This document shows positions 31,473 through 41,800 of a stretch of DNA of 64,000 nucleotides, piece by piece. The stretch is taken from the NCBI GenBank assembly GCA_965197745.1, contig CBDANS010000006.1, forward strand, positions 1,408,001 through 1,472,000, given 5' to 3'. This stretch comes from Opitutales bacterium. GTDB taxonomy: Bacteria; Verrucomicrobiota; Verrucomicrobiia; Opitutales; PNEW01. The translations under genes and the position numbers were made by a program. The number at the start of each line of letters is the position of its first letter. Positions within the stretch are counted from its first letter, which is position 1. Below the pieces are notes generated by a model, which did not search any database, was not told the DNA's origin, and saw only the letters and a list, made by a program, of their open reading frames with translations.

Positions 31473-33167
31473 ATGCTAGCAAATTCCCAACTCCAAGGTC
31501 TGCTCTTTGGATCTTTTGTCGGTGACGCTCTTTCCATGGGGTCTCTTTGGATTTACAATCCCAAAGCGATTGAAAGAAAGTTTGGAAGAATAACCGACTA
31601 TCGATTGCCTGAACCGAATTCTTATCATCCGAAAAAGAAAGCGGGAGATTTTACTCACTACGGTGATCAAACCATGGTATTGATGGATTCTATTGCCGGG
31701 ATTCAGGCATTTGATTTGGGCGATTTTTCTGCGCGTTGGCAGCAACTCTTCACGGGTTACGAGGGCTATGTGGACCAGGCGACGAAAGACACCTTAGCGC
31801 ATATTGCATCGGGAATTACACCAGGGAGAGCAGGGTCCTCGTCGAACGATTTGGCGGGAGCTTCAAGGATAGCACCCGTGCTTATCGGCTATGCTGATAA
31901 AGATTTCAATGAAGTGCAATCAGCTGCGGAAGCACAGACCGCGATGACCCACAACCACCCTCAAGTAATCGAAGCAGCTACGTATTTTGCACGCGTTGCA
32001 TTGCGTATCCTGGAAGGCACGGGTGTAGAGGCGGCCATTGAATACGCAGCACTTTTTGATTATAACCATCTGCCTGCTGATGAATGGTTGGAACTGGCTG
32101 TTAATCAATTGCATTTAGATTCAGTGAGTGCGGTAAAGACGCTTGGGCAGACTTGTCATATCGACCACGCATTCCCGGCAACACTTTACCTGCTTCTCAA
32201 GCATGGAGAAAATTTTGAAACAACACTTATTGAGAATGTAATGTGTGGTGGAGATTCAGCAGCCCGCGGCTTAATCCTGGGTATGGTATTGGGAGCTAAA
32301 TACGGAATTGAGAGCATCCCAAAAAACTGGCTGAAAGAACTAAACGCCTTTGCCCCTATTGATGAGTATTTTAAAAAAATATACCCTGAAAAAGACGGTG
32401 ATCAAACTGTCGTTCAGGGGGGAAAAGTTTCTTTTGTTAATGATGATGGGTTTGAACTCGCAGCGCGTATGGAACATCCCACCGAATCACCTAAAGCGTA
32501 CGCACTGTTTGCTCATTGCTTTACCTGTTCCAAGGAGATCGCGGCTGCCAGCCGAATCAGCCGCGCTCTTGCCAAAAAAGGAATTGCAGTTTTGCGTTTC
32601 GACTTTACCGGATTGGGCAGCAGCGATGGGGACTTCGCCAACACGAACTTTTCGTCAAATATTCAGGATTTAATCAGCGCGGCTGATTTTCTGCGAAATA
32701 ATTTTACTGCGCCACTGCTACTCATAGGACACAGCCTCGGTGGGACGGCTGTGTTAGCAGCAGGAACGCTCATTCCCGAAGTAAAAGGAATTGCGACAAT
32801 AGGGGCACCCTTCGATCCCGTTCATGTCAGTCATCTTTTTAAAGGAAACATTGAAAAAGTTAAAACTAAAGGCGAAGCAACCGTTCTTTTAGCAGGCCGA
32901 GAGTTTCGTGTAAAAAAACAATTCTTCGATGATCTCGAAAACCAGAGCGTGCTGAATATTCTGCGTGAAACGCGAAAACACGTTCTTATTATGCATTCTC
33001 CCAGCGATGAAACGGTTGGAATTGATAACGCACGCCATATTTATGAGGCAGCCAGGCATCCAAAGAGTTTTATCTCCCTCGACGGTGCTGATCATCTCTT
33101 AACCCAAAGGAGAGACTCGACTTTCGTCGCAGAAATGATCGCTGCCTGGAGCACCCGGTTTGTCTAG
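31473..33167 (+). CDS. ADP-ribosylglycohydrolase fused to an alpha/beta hydrolase (OsmC-associated type)
   Basis: N-terminal [14 protein letters not shown] and GGDSAARG; C-terminal [22 protein letters not shown] and GADHLL. Confidence 0.85.
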   Translation: MLANSQLQGLLFGSFVGDALSMGSLWIYNPKAIERKFGRITDYRLPEPNSYHPKKKAGDFTHYGDQTMVLMDSIAGIQAFDLGDFSARWQQLFTGYEGYVDQATKDTLAHIASGITPGRAGSSSNDLAGASRIAPVLIGYADKDFNEVQSAAEAQTAMTHNHPQVIEAATYFARVALRILEGTGVEAAIEYAALFDYNHLPADEWLELAVNQLHLDSVSAVKTLGQTCHIDHAFPATLYLLLKHGENFETTLIENVMCGGDSAARGLILGMVLGAKYGIESIPKNWLKELNAFAPIDEYFKKIYPEKDGDQTVVQGGKVSFVNDDGFELAARMEHPTESPKAYALFAHCFTCSKEIAAASRISRALAKKGIAVLRFDFTGLGSSDGDFANTNFSSNIQDLISAADFLRNNFTAPLLLIGHSLGGTAVLAAGTLIPEVKGIATIGAPFDPVHVSHLFKGNIEKVKTKGEATVLLAGREFRVKKQFFDDLENQSVLNILRETRKHVLIMHSPSDETVGIDNARHIYEAARHPKSFISLDGADHLLTQRRDSTFVAEMIAAWSTRFV

Positions 33168-33516
33168 GTGGGGTGAAGGGTTTCCTTCGGCTTCGCTCAG
33201 GACAGGCAGGGTTCGGTGGTTTCCTTCGACTACGCTCAGGACGGGCATGGGTTCGGGGTTCAGGGTTCAGGTAAAATGCCGATAGTTAGATGTGAACAGT
33301 AAACAGTAAACGGTGAACAGCTGAAGAGAGGAAGAGTGGAAGTATGGAATGATGGATGACAGGAAAAATAAATATATTATAATAACCCTGAACCCTGAAC
33401 CCTGAACCCTGAACCCTGAACCCTGAACCCTGAACCCTGAACCCTGAACCCTGAACCCTGAACCCTGAACCCTGAACCCTGAACCCTGAACCCTGAACCC
33501 TGAACCTCTGAACCTC
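33168..33516 (+). mobile_element. ORF-less heptamer cassette: two 24-bp inserts, conserved leader and (AACCCTG)17 array
   Basis: Leader at 33263-33295 nearly identical to those at 29821 and 46351; 17 perfect AACCCTG units at 33384-33502. Confidence 0.7.
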
Positions 33517-34236
33517 CTACTCCTCCGCTTTCTTAAGAATCGCGGGATCCCAACGGTAATCTTTAAATCCTATGCGAAAGAAGAGGGAGTAAAGAACCGG
33601 GCAGAGGGCCAACGTCAAGATAGTGGAAAAGGCGAGACCGAAAATAATAACGTTAGCCAACGGTCGCCACATCTCTCCTCCCTGGAGAGAGAGCGGAATC
33701 AGCCCAATTACGGTGGTCGTCGCGGTGGTAAGGATGGGGCGCATTCTTGATAGAGCGGTCACCATTATAGCATTGGCGTCATCGATTCCTTTTTTGCGAA
33801 GCGCTTCGATACTGTCGATTATCATGATTGCATTATTGACGATTATACCCATGAGGCTAAGTGCACCGAGCAAGGCCATAAATCCAAATGCAGCATCGGT
33901 AATGAGCAAACCCAGGGCGATGCCGAAAATCGCCGGCACAATAGTAATTCCAATGATGATGGGACGTGTAACCGAATTGAACATGGAGACAAGGGTTAGA
34001 AAAAGTAGACCCATCGCCAAAGGAAAACTGGCCGCGATAGACTCTTGCGCGATGGCACTTTTTTCCTGCTCTCCACCAAATTCATAAAAGAAACCGGTTG
34101 GCCACTCGGGGGTCTCCATCATCGCATCGAGCTTGGGTTGAATTGTGGCTAAAGAGTCAGTCGCGAAATAACCCGGACGGAGATAAGCTTTTATGGTCAT
34201 CGTTCGCTTACCGTTTTCTCTTCGTATATTTGCGGG
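33517..34236 (-). pseudogene. 3' fragment of an AcrB/AcrD/AcrF RND efflux permease, truncated by an IS
   Basis: GIIVNNAIMIID, SRMRPILTTATTT and LTLALCPVLY motifs; homology stops at the IS end at 34237. Confidence 0.85.
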
Positions 34237-35481
34237 TGGAGTGACCCCCAAAAATGGTATCATTAACAGAGAGAGGTTATCGGGATAAACAGATAACCTC
34301 AATGAAAAGAAAAAGATATACAACAGAACAGATCATAGCAATACTGCGGCAGCCCGATACGGGCAAAACCGTGCAGGAAGTCTGCCACGGCAACAACCTA
34401 AGTGAACAGACCTTCTATCGCTGGGGCAAAAAGTATGGCAACTTGGAGCTGGCTGATGCGAAGCGATTTAAAGAGCTGGAAAAGGAGAATACGGAGCTGA
34501 AGAAGATGCTCGCTGATCAAATGCTCAAGCTTCGGGTGTTGGAGGAAACGCTCTCAAAAAAATGGTGAGCCCAAAGCAGAAGAAGCGAGCAGTAAAAGAT
34601 GCGGCTGAGAAGGGGCTGTGCTCGTTTTAGAGGGCTTGTGCTTATCTCAGCCTCAGTTGGTCAACGTACAGCTACCGACCCAAGCAGGCCAGTAAGAAGG
34701 CTCAGCAATTGGCCGAGCGGATTTTGACCTTGTCCTGGGAACATCCCCGTTACGGTTACCGGCGCATTCGTGCCTTGCTGGTGAAAGAAGGTTGGGCGGC
34801 AAGCAGGAAATTTGTACAGGCAGTGCGACGTTCTTCGGGCTTACAGGTAAAGCCCCCGAAAAAGCGTAGACACCGTCAGGGGATCTCTACTGGGCTCCCT
34901 ACTAAAGCAACCGGTCGCAATCACGTCTGGTCCTGGGACTTTGTCCATGATCGTACAGACAATGGCGGTATGCTAAAGATGATGACCTTGATCGATGTAC
35001 CGAGGAGCTGAAAGCGACGACACTCAAGCGAAGCGAAGACATATACGCGTAAATGTTTACGCATCCGGGTAGCTCGACAGCTCACCTCAACCGATGTTCT
35101 CTCGGTACTCAGCGAAACCATCGATGAAGAGGGAGTTCCTAGCTATATCCGCAGTGACAACGGCAGTGTTCCGAGGAGCGAAGCGACGACATGCGAAGCC
35201 ATTCATTGCTCATCAGGTGCAGCAGTGGTTGTCCGACAAAAAGATCAAGGCGATATATATCGATCCGGGCAGTCCCTGGCAAAACGGTTTCATCGAATCG
35301 TTCCATGCCCGTTTTCGTGAGGAGTGTTTAAACCGTGAACAGCTATGGACTTTAACCGAAGCACGTGTAGTGATCGAGGATTGGCGCCAGACCTATAACC
35401 ATGATCATCCCCACAGTCGATTAGGCTTTAAAAGCCCACAAGAGTTTGTCACATTCCTTTCAGATCTTGGCCGCGTTCGGG
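34237..35481 (+). mobile_element. IS3-family element A (IS407-like), defective, right end lost
   Basis: IRL TGGAGTGACCCCCAAAAATGGTATCA; orfA 34302-34568; A7 slippery site 34556-34562; orfB with YGYRRI, WSWDF, SDNG and PWQNGFIESF; TAG at 34628 and inserts at 34998-35039 and 35169-35199. Confidence 0.9.
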
Positions 35482-36799
35482 TGGTCGGGTTACACAAACT
35501 GGTCCACAGGGAGAGTTAGTCTGGAGAGGTTAATGTTGAAGTTAAGTTGGTAGAGGAAGTCAAGGCTTGGGCGCAATGAGGGCGTAGCCCGAATGGAGCC
35601 CGAGCCTTCGGTATTGAGGTTTTCAGTGAAGTGCCGTGGAGTGATGTTGCCGAGGCTGCGGTGGGGTCGGACATGATTGTAAAGCCAGCGCCAATCTTCG
35701 ATGACCACGCGGGCTTCGGTCAAAGTCCATAGCTGTTCACGGTTTAAACACTCCTCGCGAAAACGGGCATGGAACGATTCAATGTATCCGTTCTGCCAAG
35801 GGCTTGCTGGTTCGATATAGAGGGTTTTGATTTTCATCGCAGTTAGCCAGGCTCTCAATTGGCTTTCAATGAATGGCTTTGCATGTCGTCGCTTCGCTCC
35901 TCGGAACGGAACCGTTGTCGCTACGAATATATTTTGGCGGCCCATGCCGGTCGAGCAGTTTTTGCATGATACCGCGCACCGTTTCCGCATTGATATGGCG
36001 ATCAACATGGATCACCCGGCACTCGCGGGTGTACTCATCGAGCACGGTCAGCATTTTTAGACTGCCGCCGCGAACCGTCTTATCGTGGATAAAATCCCAG
36101 GTCCAAACATGGTCGGGATGTTCGGCCTTTGTCGGTAGCCCGGTGCAGACACCCCTGCGCCGGCGTCTTGGCTTGCGTGGGGGGATCGCCAGACCCAGTT
36201 CACGTCGCAGACCTTGCACGAGACGTTTACCCACCTGCCAGCCTTCGTCCTTCAACAGCTTCGTGATCTTGGGATAGCCCCACCTCGCGTATTGCCGTGA
36301 TAACCGCCTTACTGCCGCTTTTAGTTTCGTTAGCCAGGCATCCGGATGCTTGGCCCTATACGCATAGGTGGAACGGTGCAGCCGAAAGTACCGGCACCCC
36401 GCTCGCATCGAACACTGGCCCCGAGTCACAAGTCTCTCTGCCACTTGCCGCTTGTGCCCAGGGCTTACAGTTTTTTTTCGAGGGTCTCCTGCAGGATCTC
36501 TATCCCCAGCATCTTGTCCGCCAGCATCCGTTTTAACCGCGCGTTCTCCTTCAAAGAGCTCCTTCATCCGCTTGGCCTGGTTGACATCAATCATCCCAAA
36601 CTCACGTTTCCAGCGGTGGAAGGTCTGTTCGCTTATGTTGTTCTCGCGGCATGCTTCCAGGATCGTTTTCCCTTTGTCCGCCTGGCGCAGCATCCGTATT
36701 TTCTCTTCGGTCGTGTATCTTTTGCCTTTCATTGTCTGTGTCCTTTCTAGTTGGACCAGACTAACTTTTCAAGTGGACCAGTTTTCGTGGTCACGACCA
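35482..36799 (-). mobile_element. IS3-family element B, full length but defective
   Basis: Terminal IRs TGGTCGGGTTACACAAACTGGTCCAC and TGGTCGTGACCACGAAAACTGGTCCAC; orfA starts at 36732 with an extra base near 36554; A8 slippery site 36471-36478; orfB broken by a 31-bp insert at 35876-35906; no target-site duplication. Confidence 0.92.
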
Positions 36800-37115
36800 A
36801 TTTAAAGGCTTCCTTTATACTTACGTGTGGTGCCTGACCGCTCAATTGCATCATTGCTAATTCATACTGCGCGTCCGGGTTACCCTTCTCCGCGGCTTTC
36901 CTAAACCACTTAACCGCGAGATAAAAATCCTGGGGAAGATCCTCACCCTTTTTAAAAACAACGCCTAATCGGTATTGGGACGGCGTGTGCCCGGCATCAG
37001 CTTTTCTAACCAGTTCTGCTACGGTCTCATTCTCAGCCAAGAGAAAGGAATGCAAGGTTATCATAAATGATGCTATTACTATGCTCTTTAAAAGTAATAT
37101 TCGCATCCCATCCAT
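36800..37115 (-). pseudogene. Sel1-like repeat protein, 3'-truncated by IS element B
   Basis: Signal peptide, SQYRLG..AVKWFRKAAEKGNPDAQYELA; the frame runs into the IS terminus. Confidence 0.85.
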
Positions 37116-37129
37116 TGTTTAGAACTTTT

Positions 37130-39070
37130 CTATTCACCAGTGATCTCTTCCATGGTGACCGTAATCTCCTCACCATCCACATTGACAAAGACCGCATTGA
37201 TGCTCTGTGTCGGCTGAGGCGTGTTATCCGATTTATAATTATTTTGCGAAATTAAGGTCTCAAAGCCAGGCGTCGTCGATCCACTTTCCGCGACCACAAT
37301 CGAAGCTGTATTCGTCTGCTTCAAGTCTCCTCCGGTGATGCGCAATCCCGGGTTGTCAGCCGGTACCGTGAAAGAACCTTTTCCGAACAGTAAATGGGGT
37401 ACCGCATCACCACTGGCATCGATGTCGCCTATGGTTAAGCGTACCGCAATCGGTACCGCTCTGGCATCGACACCGATCTTACCTGTGCTTCCACTAAAGA
37501 CGGTGTTCGACAGCTGCATTCCCCCGATTCCCGTGGAGTTAATCACTTCCACTAATGCCACGTCGGCTTCGGCGTCATAAACCTGACCCTCTGGGAAGAG
37601 AGCCTGGTTCACCGCGTTGACCGATCCCACCGTAAAAATACTGAAGAAGGTACTCGAATCGGCTCCCTCGATAACTACGCTCGGTTTGCCGGTAACGTAC
37701 TCTACATGCTGGTTGTAACGCGGGGGTAAAGCCGGAGGTAAAAAGGTGGCCGGATCCAGGGTAACGGTAAAGTTACCTGCACCTGAATACTCTACTTGGA
37801 CAATGTCCTCGTCTTCGTCCATGAATGAGACCCTGGTGATTTGTCCCGATCTGGCCTGCAGTTGGATCGATTCTCCGGTGAGCAGGACTTGGTGATAGAT
37901 GTTTCCATTGGGATGCTGGATATTTTCCTCCGCAATATCACCTGAACCTTCAAGTACTAAGGGTACTATTTGAGGTAGTTTAATATCCCCTATTGGTGTA
38001 AAACCAAAATCATCGAGAGTTATTCCCTCATAATTTTGTCTCGTTGGTATTTGCGGTCCATTGGTATACGTAATTCTACCAATGCCTGATTGTGATCCCA
38101 ATTCAGTGGCTCTAAAATCGAATAATGGAGGAGGAATAGAAGAAACGATGCCCATATTTTGCGGAATATCGAATATCGAAGTGAGAAGATTGTTATTGGC
38201 GTCAAAGACCTCTATTTCCCCATCTCCCGTTAATAAGGCAGCAGCGTAAAATTGCACTTTTTCCACTGGCGTTTCAAAGGTAATCGTTCCCGTTCTATCA
38301 TTAGCTATATGCCAGGCAAAATATGTTGGATATAATTCTAAGGTGTGATTTAATGCAATAAAAGGAACAAATAAGCGAGAGCCTCCCGTGAAAGTGGCAG
38401 TAATTGGTGATATGCCTAAAGTAAAATTTGCTTGAATATCAGGATTATTTGTTACGTAAAAGAATCCATGAATATCATATCCATTTGCTCCAAAATCATA
38501 AAATACTGTATTGTTGGATGATCCTTCCTTGAGGGTAAATCCAAGATCATCGAGAGCAAATTGCCCAGTAATGTTTTTAATTAAAATATGTCTTATACCG
38601 TATGTAATATTAAGGTCTGAGGTGTCTTGAGGATCCCCGCTAAATGCTATAAAACTTAGTAAGTTTGGGTTCGCACTAGGACTGATGTTCTTAGGAAGAC
38701 CTTTCACCAATCCATTTGGATGCGGGAAATAAGACGGATTTGTTTTAACCTCGATCCTACCCATGCCATTTGTCTCAGCTGCATAGAACTCTAAAAGATT
38801 TATTCCTCTTTCAAACCGGATTATCCCTTGTTGCCCAGGAATTACCACTAATGACCTAGTCCCAGAATGATGAAGCTCAGGATTGCCCGTAGACTCGATT
38901 CTAAAATTGATAAACCTAACCATGTTCGGTGATTCACCTATAATAAAATCACCTTCACCGTAGACATCCTCAAAATCAATGAATGTATCAAGATCTTGAG
39001 GGAGCGCAGAAAGCAATATTGGTAATCCAGTAAATACCAATAAGACCGTGAATTGATCTTTAATATTCAA
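37130..39070 (-). CDS. Secreted/surface protein paralog 3 (lacks the Ig-like domain)
   Basis: Signal peptide ending LSA-LPQDLD; same duplicated N-terminal domain and conserved C-terminal domain. Confidence 0.8.
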   Translation of the reverse strand: MNIKDQFTVLLVFTGLPILLSALPQDLDTFIDFEDVYGEGDFIIGESPNMVRFINFRIESTGNPELHHSGTRSLVVIPGQQGIIRFERGINLLEFYAAETNGMGRIEVKTNPSYFPHPNGLVKGLPKNISPSANPNLLSFIAFSGDPQDTSDLNITYGIRHILIKNITGQFALDDLGFTLKEGSSNNTVFYDFGANGYDIHGFFYVTNNPDIQANFTLGISPITATFTGGSRLFVPFIALNHTLELYPTYFAWHIANDRTGTITFETPVEKVQFYAAALLTGDGEIEVFDANNNLLTSIFDIPQNMGIVSSIPPPLFDFRATELGSQSGIGRITYTNGPQIPTRQNYEGITLDDFGFTPIGDIKLPQIVPLVLEGSGDIAEENIQHPNGNIYHQVLLTGESIQLQARSGQITRVSFMDEDEDIVQVEYSGAGNFTVTLDPATFLPPALPPRYNQHVEYVTGKPSVVIEGADSSTFFSIFTVGSVNAVNQALFPEGQVYDAEADVALVEVINSTGIGGMQLSNTVFSGSTGKIGVDARAVPIAVRLTIGDIDASGDAVPHLLFGKGSFTVPADNPGLRITGGDLKQTNTASIVVAESGSTTPGFETLISQNNYKSDNTPQPTQSINAVFVNVDGEEITVTMEEITGE

Positions 39071-39134
39071 GCTATTATCAACTAACGAAATTTGTGATGT
39101 GCAATTGCCACTCTAAGACAATATCTGATCATCA

Positions 39135-39200
39135 TTATTCAATCGTCACGTCTTTTGCATCCTCGTTAACAAAAGTACCGCTGATGTTTTGTGTGGCTTG
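39135..39200 (-). pseudogene. 3'-end relic of a fourth paralog of the secreted family
   Basis: Translates as QATQNISGTFVNEDAKDVTIE*, compared with QPTRSINATFVNEDGDD..VTIE* in paralog 1. Confidence 0.7.
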
Positions 39201-39215
39201 ATTTACCTGTTACTA

Positions 39216-41384
39216 TTAAAAGTTCACAGGTATATGGCTGAAAGTGAATTGCTGATAGACATGGGCATAGGTTGGCCTGCCCCGTTTCATCGGTGGTTCG
39301 AATTTCCATTCTTTAACGGCAGCTAAGGCGGAAATGGAAAACTCATCATTGGTGGCCATCTTTATCCCCGGCGCTTTCACATTACCCGTCGGATCGATGA
39401 AAAACTCCACAATAACTCTACCACTCTTCTCTGCTTTTTTCATGTTTTCTGGAAAAACGGGTAATACACTATTTAGCAGTCTGGGTTCTCGGTCCAACTG
39501 TCCCAGGTTACTGATACTGTCGAAGAACAGGTTGTCTCTTCCAGTTCTCAGTATTGCTTCATCTATGATTTTGATATCGTCACTACTGATACCGATATGT
39601 TCAAAGTTCACTTCTACTTTTACCCGACTGGTATGCGGTGTTCCCTCCACGAGCAGAGGATTAAATTGCCATTTCTTTATCGCTTCAACAGCTGCTTTGC
39701 CAAATTCAGTATGGGAAGCAGCAGAGACGACAAAATCCCGCGACTGTCCCCTCTCATCGACTATCAGAACAACGTTAGCAAAGCCACTGTTTATCCCCAT
39801 ATGGAGAACCGACTCGGGAAAAACAGGTCTTACCTTATTAAATATCTCTAATTTAGAATAAAACTGCTTATCATCCTCTGCCTGATTCTTTTTATATGAC
39901 CGGGTATACGTTTGAGAGGGTTGATTATTTTTCCTATCACTTACGGTTTGTGCAACCTGCAAGGGGCTGAATATTTTATTAAGCGTTGATACCGTGGACT
40001 TCCCAAGAAAAGGATCTGTTTCTAATTTGGATAAAGGTTTCAATGCTTCCAGGTCTTTCGTCTCAGGATCTACCGACTCATCCGAATGGTATAAAGTTGC
40101 GTTTCCAGCTCTAACAGAATTAAATGGAGTTATAAATCTCTCCCCTTCATTACTTGAGTTTAAATTGATAGTGTAGGCGTTCTGTTCATTAGCATTGAAT
40201 TCATCAGGCGCAGCAGCGTATTCGTGTTTTGAGTGGATTTCACTTTCAGGGATTTCGCCCGTGGCATTGATATCTTTTTCTAAACGATCCTCTTCCTGAG
40301 TGCTTGACGCTTCCAAATGGGCCAGGAATCCACTCGCCGAGGTTGCGAGGATAAGAAAGAACACCACTGCTATTACAATCAGCCGGTAATAGAGCCCGTC
40401 GAAGAATCCGTTACCATGGAAGCTCATTATAGACTTTAAACGACTGCCCATTCGCGCGCTGCTCATGCCGGATAGCCCCGGAATTTTTAAGCCAGTACAA
40501 AAATGGGAAACCCGGATTATAGCTTTAGCATAATTCCTACTATCCTTGGATTGGTTCAAAACCTCCTCATCACAGGATTTTTCACTCTCCAAGGTCAGCC
40601 GCTGATTCAACCACCAGATCAGGGGATTAAACCAGAACGCACAGAAAAACAGCATCTGTATAAATCGCCAGAGATTGTCACGCCGCTTGATATGAATCAG
40701 CTCATGCAAGAGAACAGCTTCGAGTTCCTTAGCGCTCAGCTCTTGAACGAGGTTCGCAGGAAAGATCAACCTGGGTGATACTATTCCAATGACGCTGGGT
40801 TCTATATTAGTGTCTGCATAATAACTGCTGATCTGTTTTTTGATTCCGATTTTATCCTTCAACTGGATTATCTTCTCATTCAGTGAGCCGTTTATTGACT
40901 TGATTCTCGATTTTAATTCCAGGCGAAATTGATAGAGTCGATACTGCCATACGCAGAAGATAAGAAGTGAGCCCAGTATCCAGATAACACCCAGGATGTT
41001 TAAGAATGAAATACCGGAGTATGACACCGCTCCCGTCAACGCCCCGGAATTTCCAACAAGTGTTTCCGTTTCATTAAAGGGAATCAGGGGATCAGATAAG
41101 TGAGCATTAACGGGCAGAATTATCGATTCTATATTAAATGCTTCGGTCGTAGAGAGAAAAGACGGCCATATCTTTTTAAACGCCAGGAAAATGAGTGAAG
41201 ATGGAAGGGCAAATTTGATAAGCCCCACCCATCCGATCATATACCTGGTACTTGCAGGTGCTTTCCATAATAGCGTTATAACTAACAATATGAATATGCC
41301 AAATAACGTGGACTGCCAGAGGTGGTTTCCGGTCTCGACCCAAAACGAGAAAGACGGTTTACTGATGATACTTAAGGTGTTCAT
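39216..41384 (-). CDS. M56 (BlaR1/MecR1-like) metallopeptidase with two C-terminal TonB domains
   Basis: HELIHIKRRD, FWFNPLIW and EKSCDE motifs; two TonB-C repeats (AVEAIKKWQFNP, ALAAVKEWKFEP). Confidence 0.88.
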   Translation of the reverse strand: MNTLSIISKPSFSFWVETGNHLWQSTLFGIFILLVITLLWKAPASTRYMIGWVGLIKFALPSSLIFLAFKKIWPSFLSTTEAFNIESIILPVNAHLSDPLIPFNETETLVGNSGALTGAVSYSGISFLNILGVIWILGSLLIFCVWQYRLYQFRLELKSRIKSINGSLNEKIIQLKDKIGIKKQISSYYADTNIEPSVIGIVSPRLIFPANLVQELSAKELEAVLLHELIHIKRRDNLWRFIQMLFFCAFWFNPLIWWLNQRLTLESEKSCDEEVLNQSKDSRNYAKAIIRVSHFCTGLKIPGLSGMSSARMGSRLKSIMSFHGNGFFDGLYYRLIVIAVVFFLILATSASGFLAHLEASSTQEEDRLEKDINATGEIPESEIHSKHEYAAAPDEFNANEQNAYTINLNSSNEGERFITPFNSVRAGNATLYHSDESVDPETKDLEALKPLSKLETDPFLGKSTVSTLNKIFSPLQVAQTVSDRKNNQPSQTYTRSYKKNQAEDDKQFYSKLEIFNKVRPVFPESVLHMGINSGFANVVLIVDERGQSRDFVVSAASHTEFGKAAVEAIKKWQFNPLLVEGTPHTSRVKVEVNFEHIGISSDDIKIIDEAILRTGRDNLFFDSISNLGQLDREPRLLNSVLPVFPENMKKAEKSGRVIVEFFIDPTGNVKAPGIKMATNDEFSISALAAVKEWKFEPPMKRGRPTYAHVYQQFTFSHIPVNF

Positions 41385-41773
41385 TTTCTCCCTTTCTTTG
41401 AAGTCTCTTTAATTACAGTTTCCATATCCTTCAGATCCTTCAAGGTGATCTGTTCCGATTCAATCAGATGAGACATAATGAGCCTCGATGAACCCCTGAG
41501 TATATTCGTCAGATCCTCAATAAAATTACTGATCGCGGATTTACGACTGATTATAGGCTGGAAGATGTGCGCGTTGCCTATTTTTTTGACGCGTTCGACC
41601 GCCCCTTTTTCTTCCAGGCGGTAGACGATGGTCTGGACCGTGGTGTACTCCGGTCGCTTCTGCTTAGGCAAACTCTCCTGAATCTCTCGTATCGAGGCGC
41701 TTTCCAATCTCCAGAGCGGCTCCATCACCTCCAATTCCAGCCGCGTTAATCGGTTACTCTTTGTTCTTTTCAT
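41381..41773 (-). CDS. BlaI/MecI/CopY family transcriptional repressor
   Basis: LELEVMEPLW and YTTVQTIVYRLEEKG motifs; overlaps the M56 gene start. Confidence 0.92.
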   Translation of the reverse strand: MKRTKSNRLTRLELEVMEPLWRLESASIREIQESLPKQKRPEYTTVQTIVYRLEEKGAVERVKKIGNAHIFQPIISRKSAISNFIEDLTNILRGSSRLIMSHLIESEQITLKDLKDMETVIKETSKKGRK

Positions 41774-41800
41774 ATAATTTTATTTTAAGTTTTTCACAAA

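Noticed and set aside
33384..33502. Eukaryotic telomere contamination
   Set aside because: The array is embedded between bacterial genes and tied to a leader shared with other local cassettes
34237..34323. N-terminus of the 268-aa ORF 33517-34323
   Set aside because: It is read-through from IS A sequence; the RND homology ends at 34236
35866..36732. Natural in-frame OrfAB fusion transposase
   Set aside because: The fusion results from an extra base near 36554 that garbles the OrfA zipper, and the ORF ends just after the 31-bp insert before the catalytic Glu
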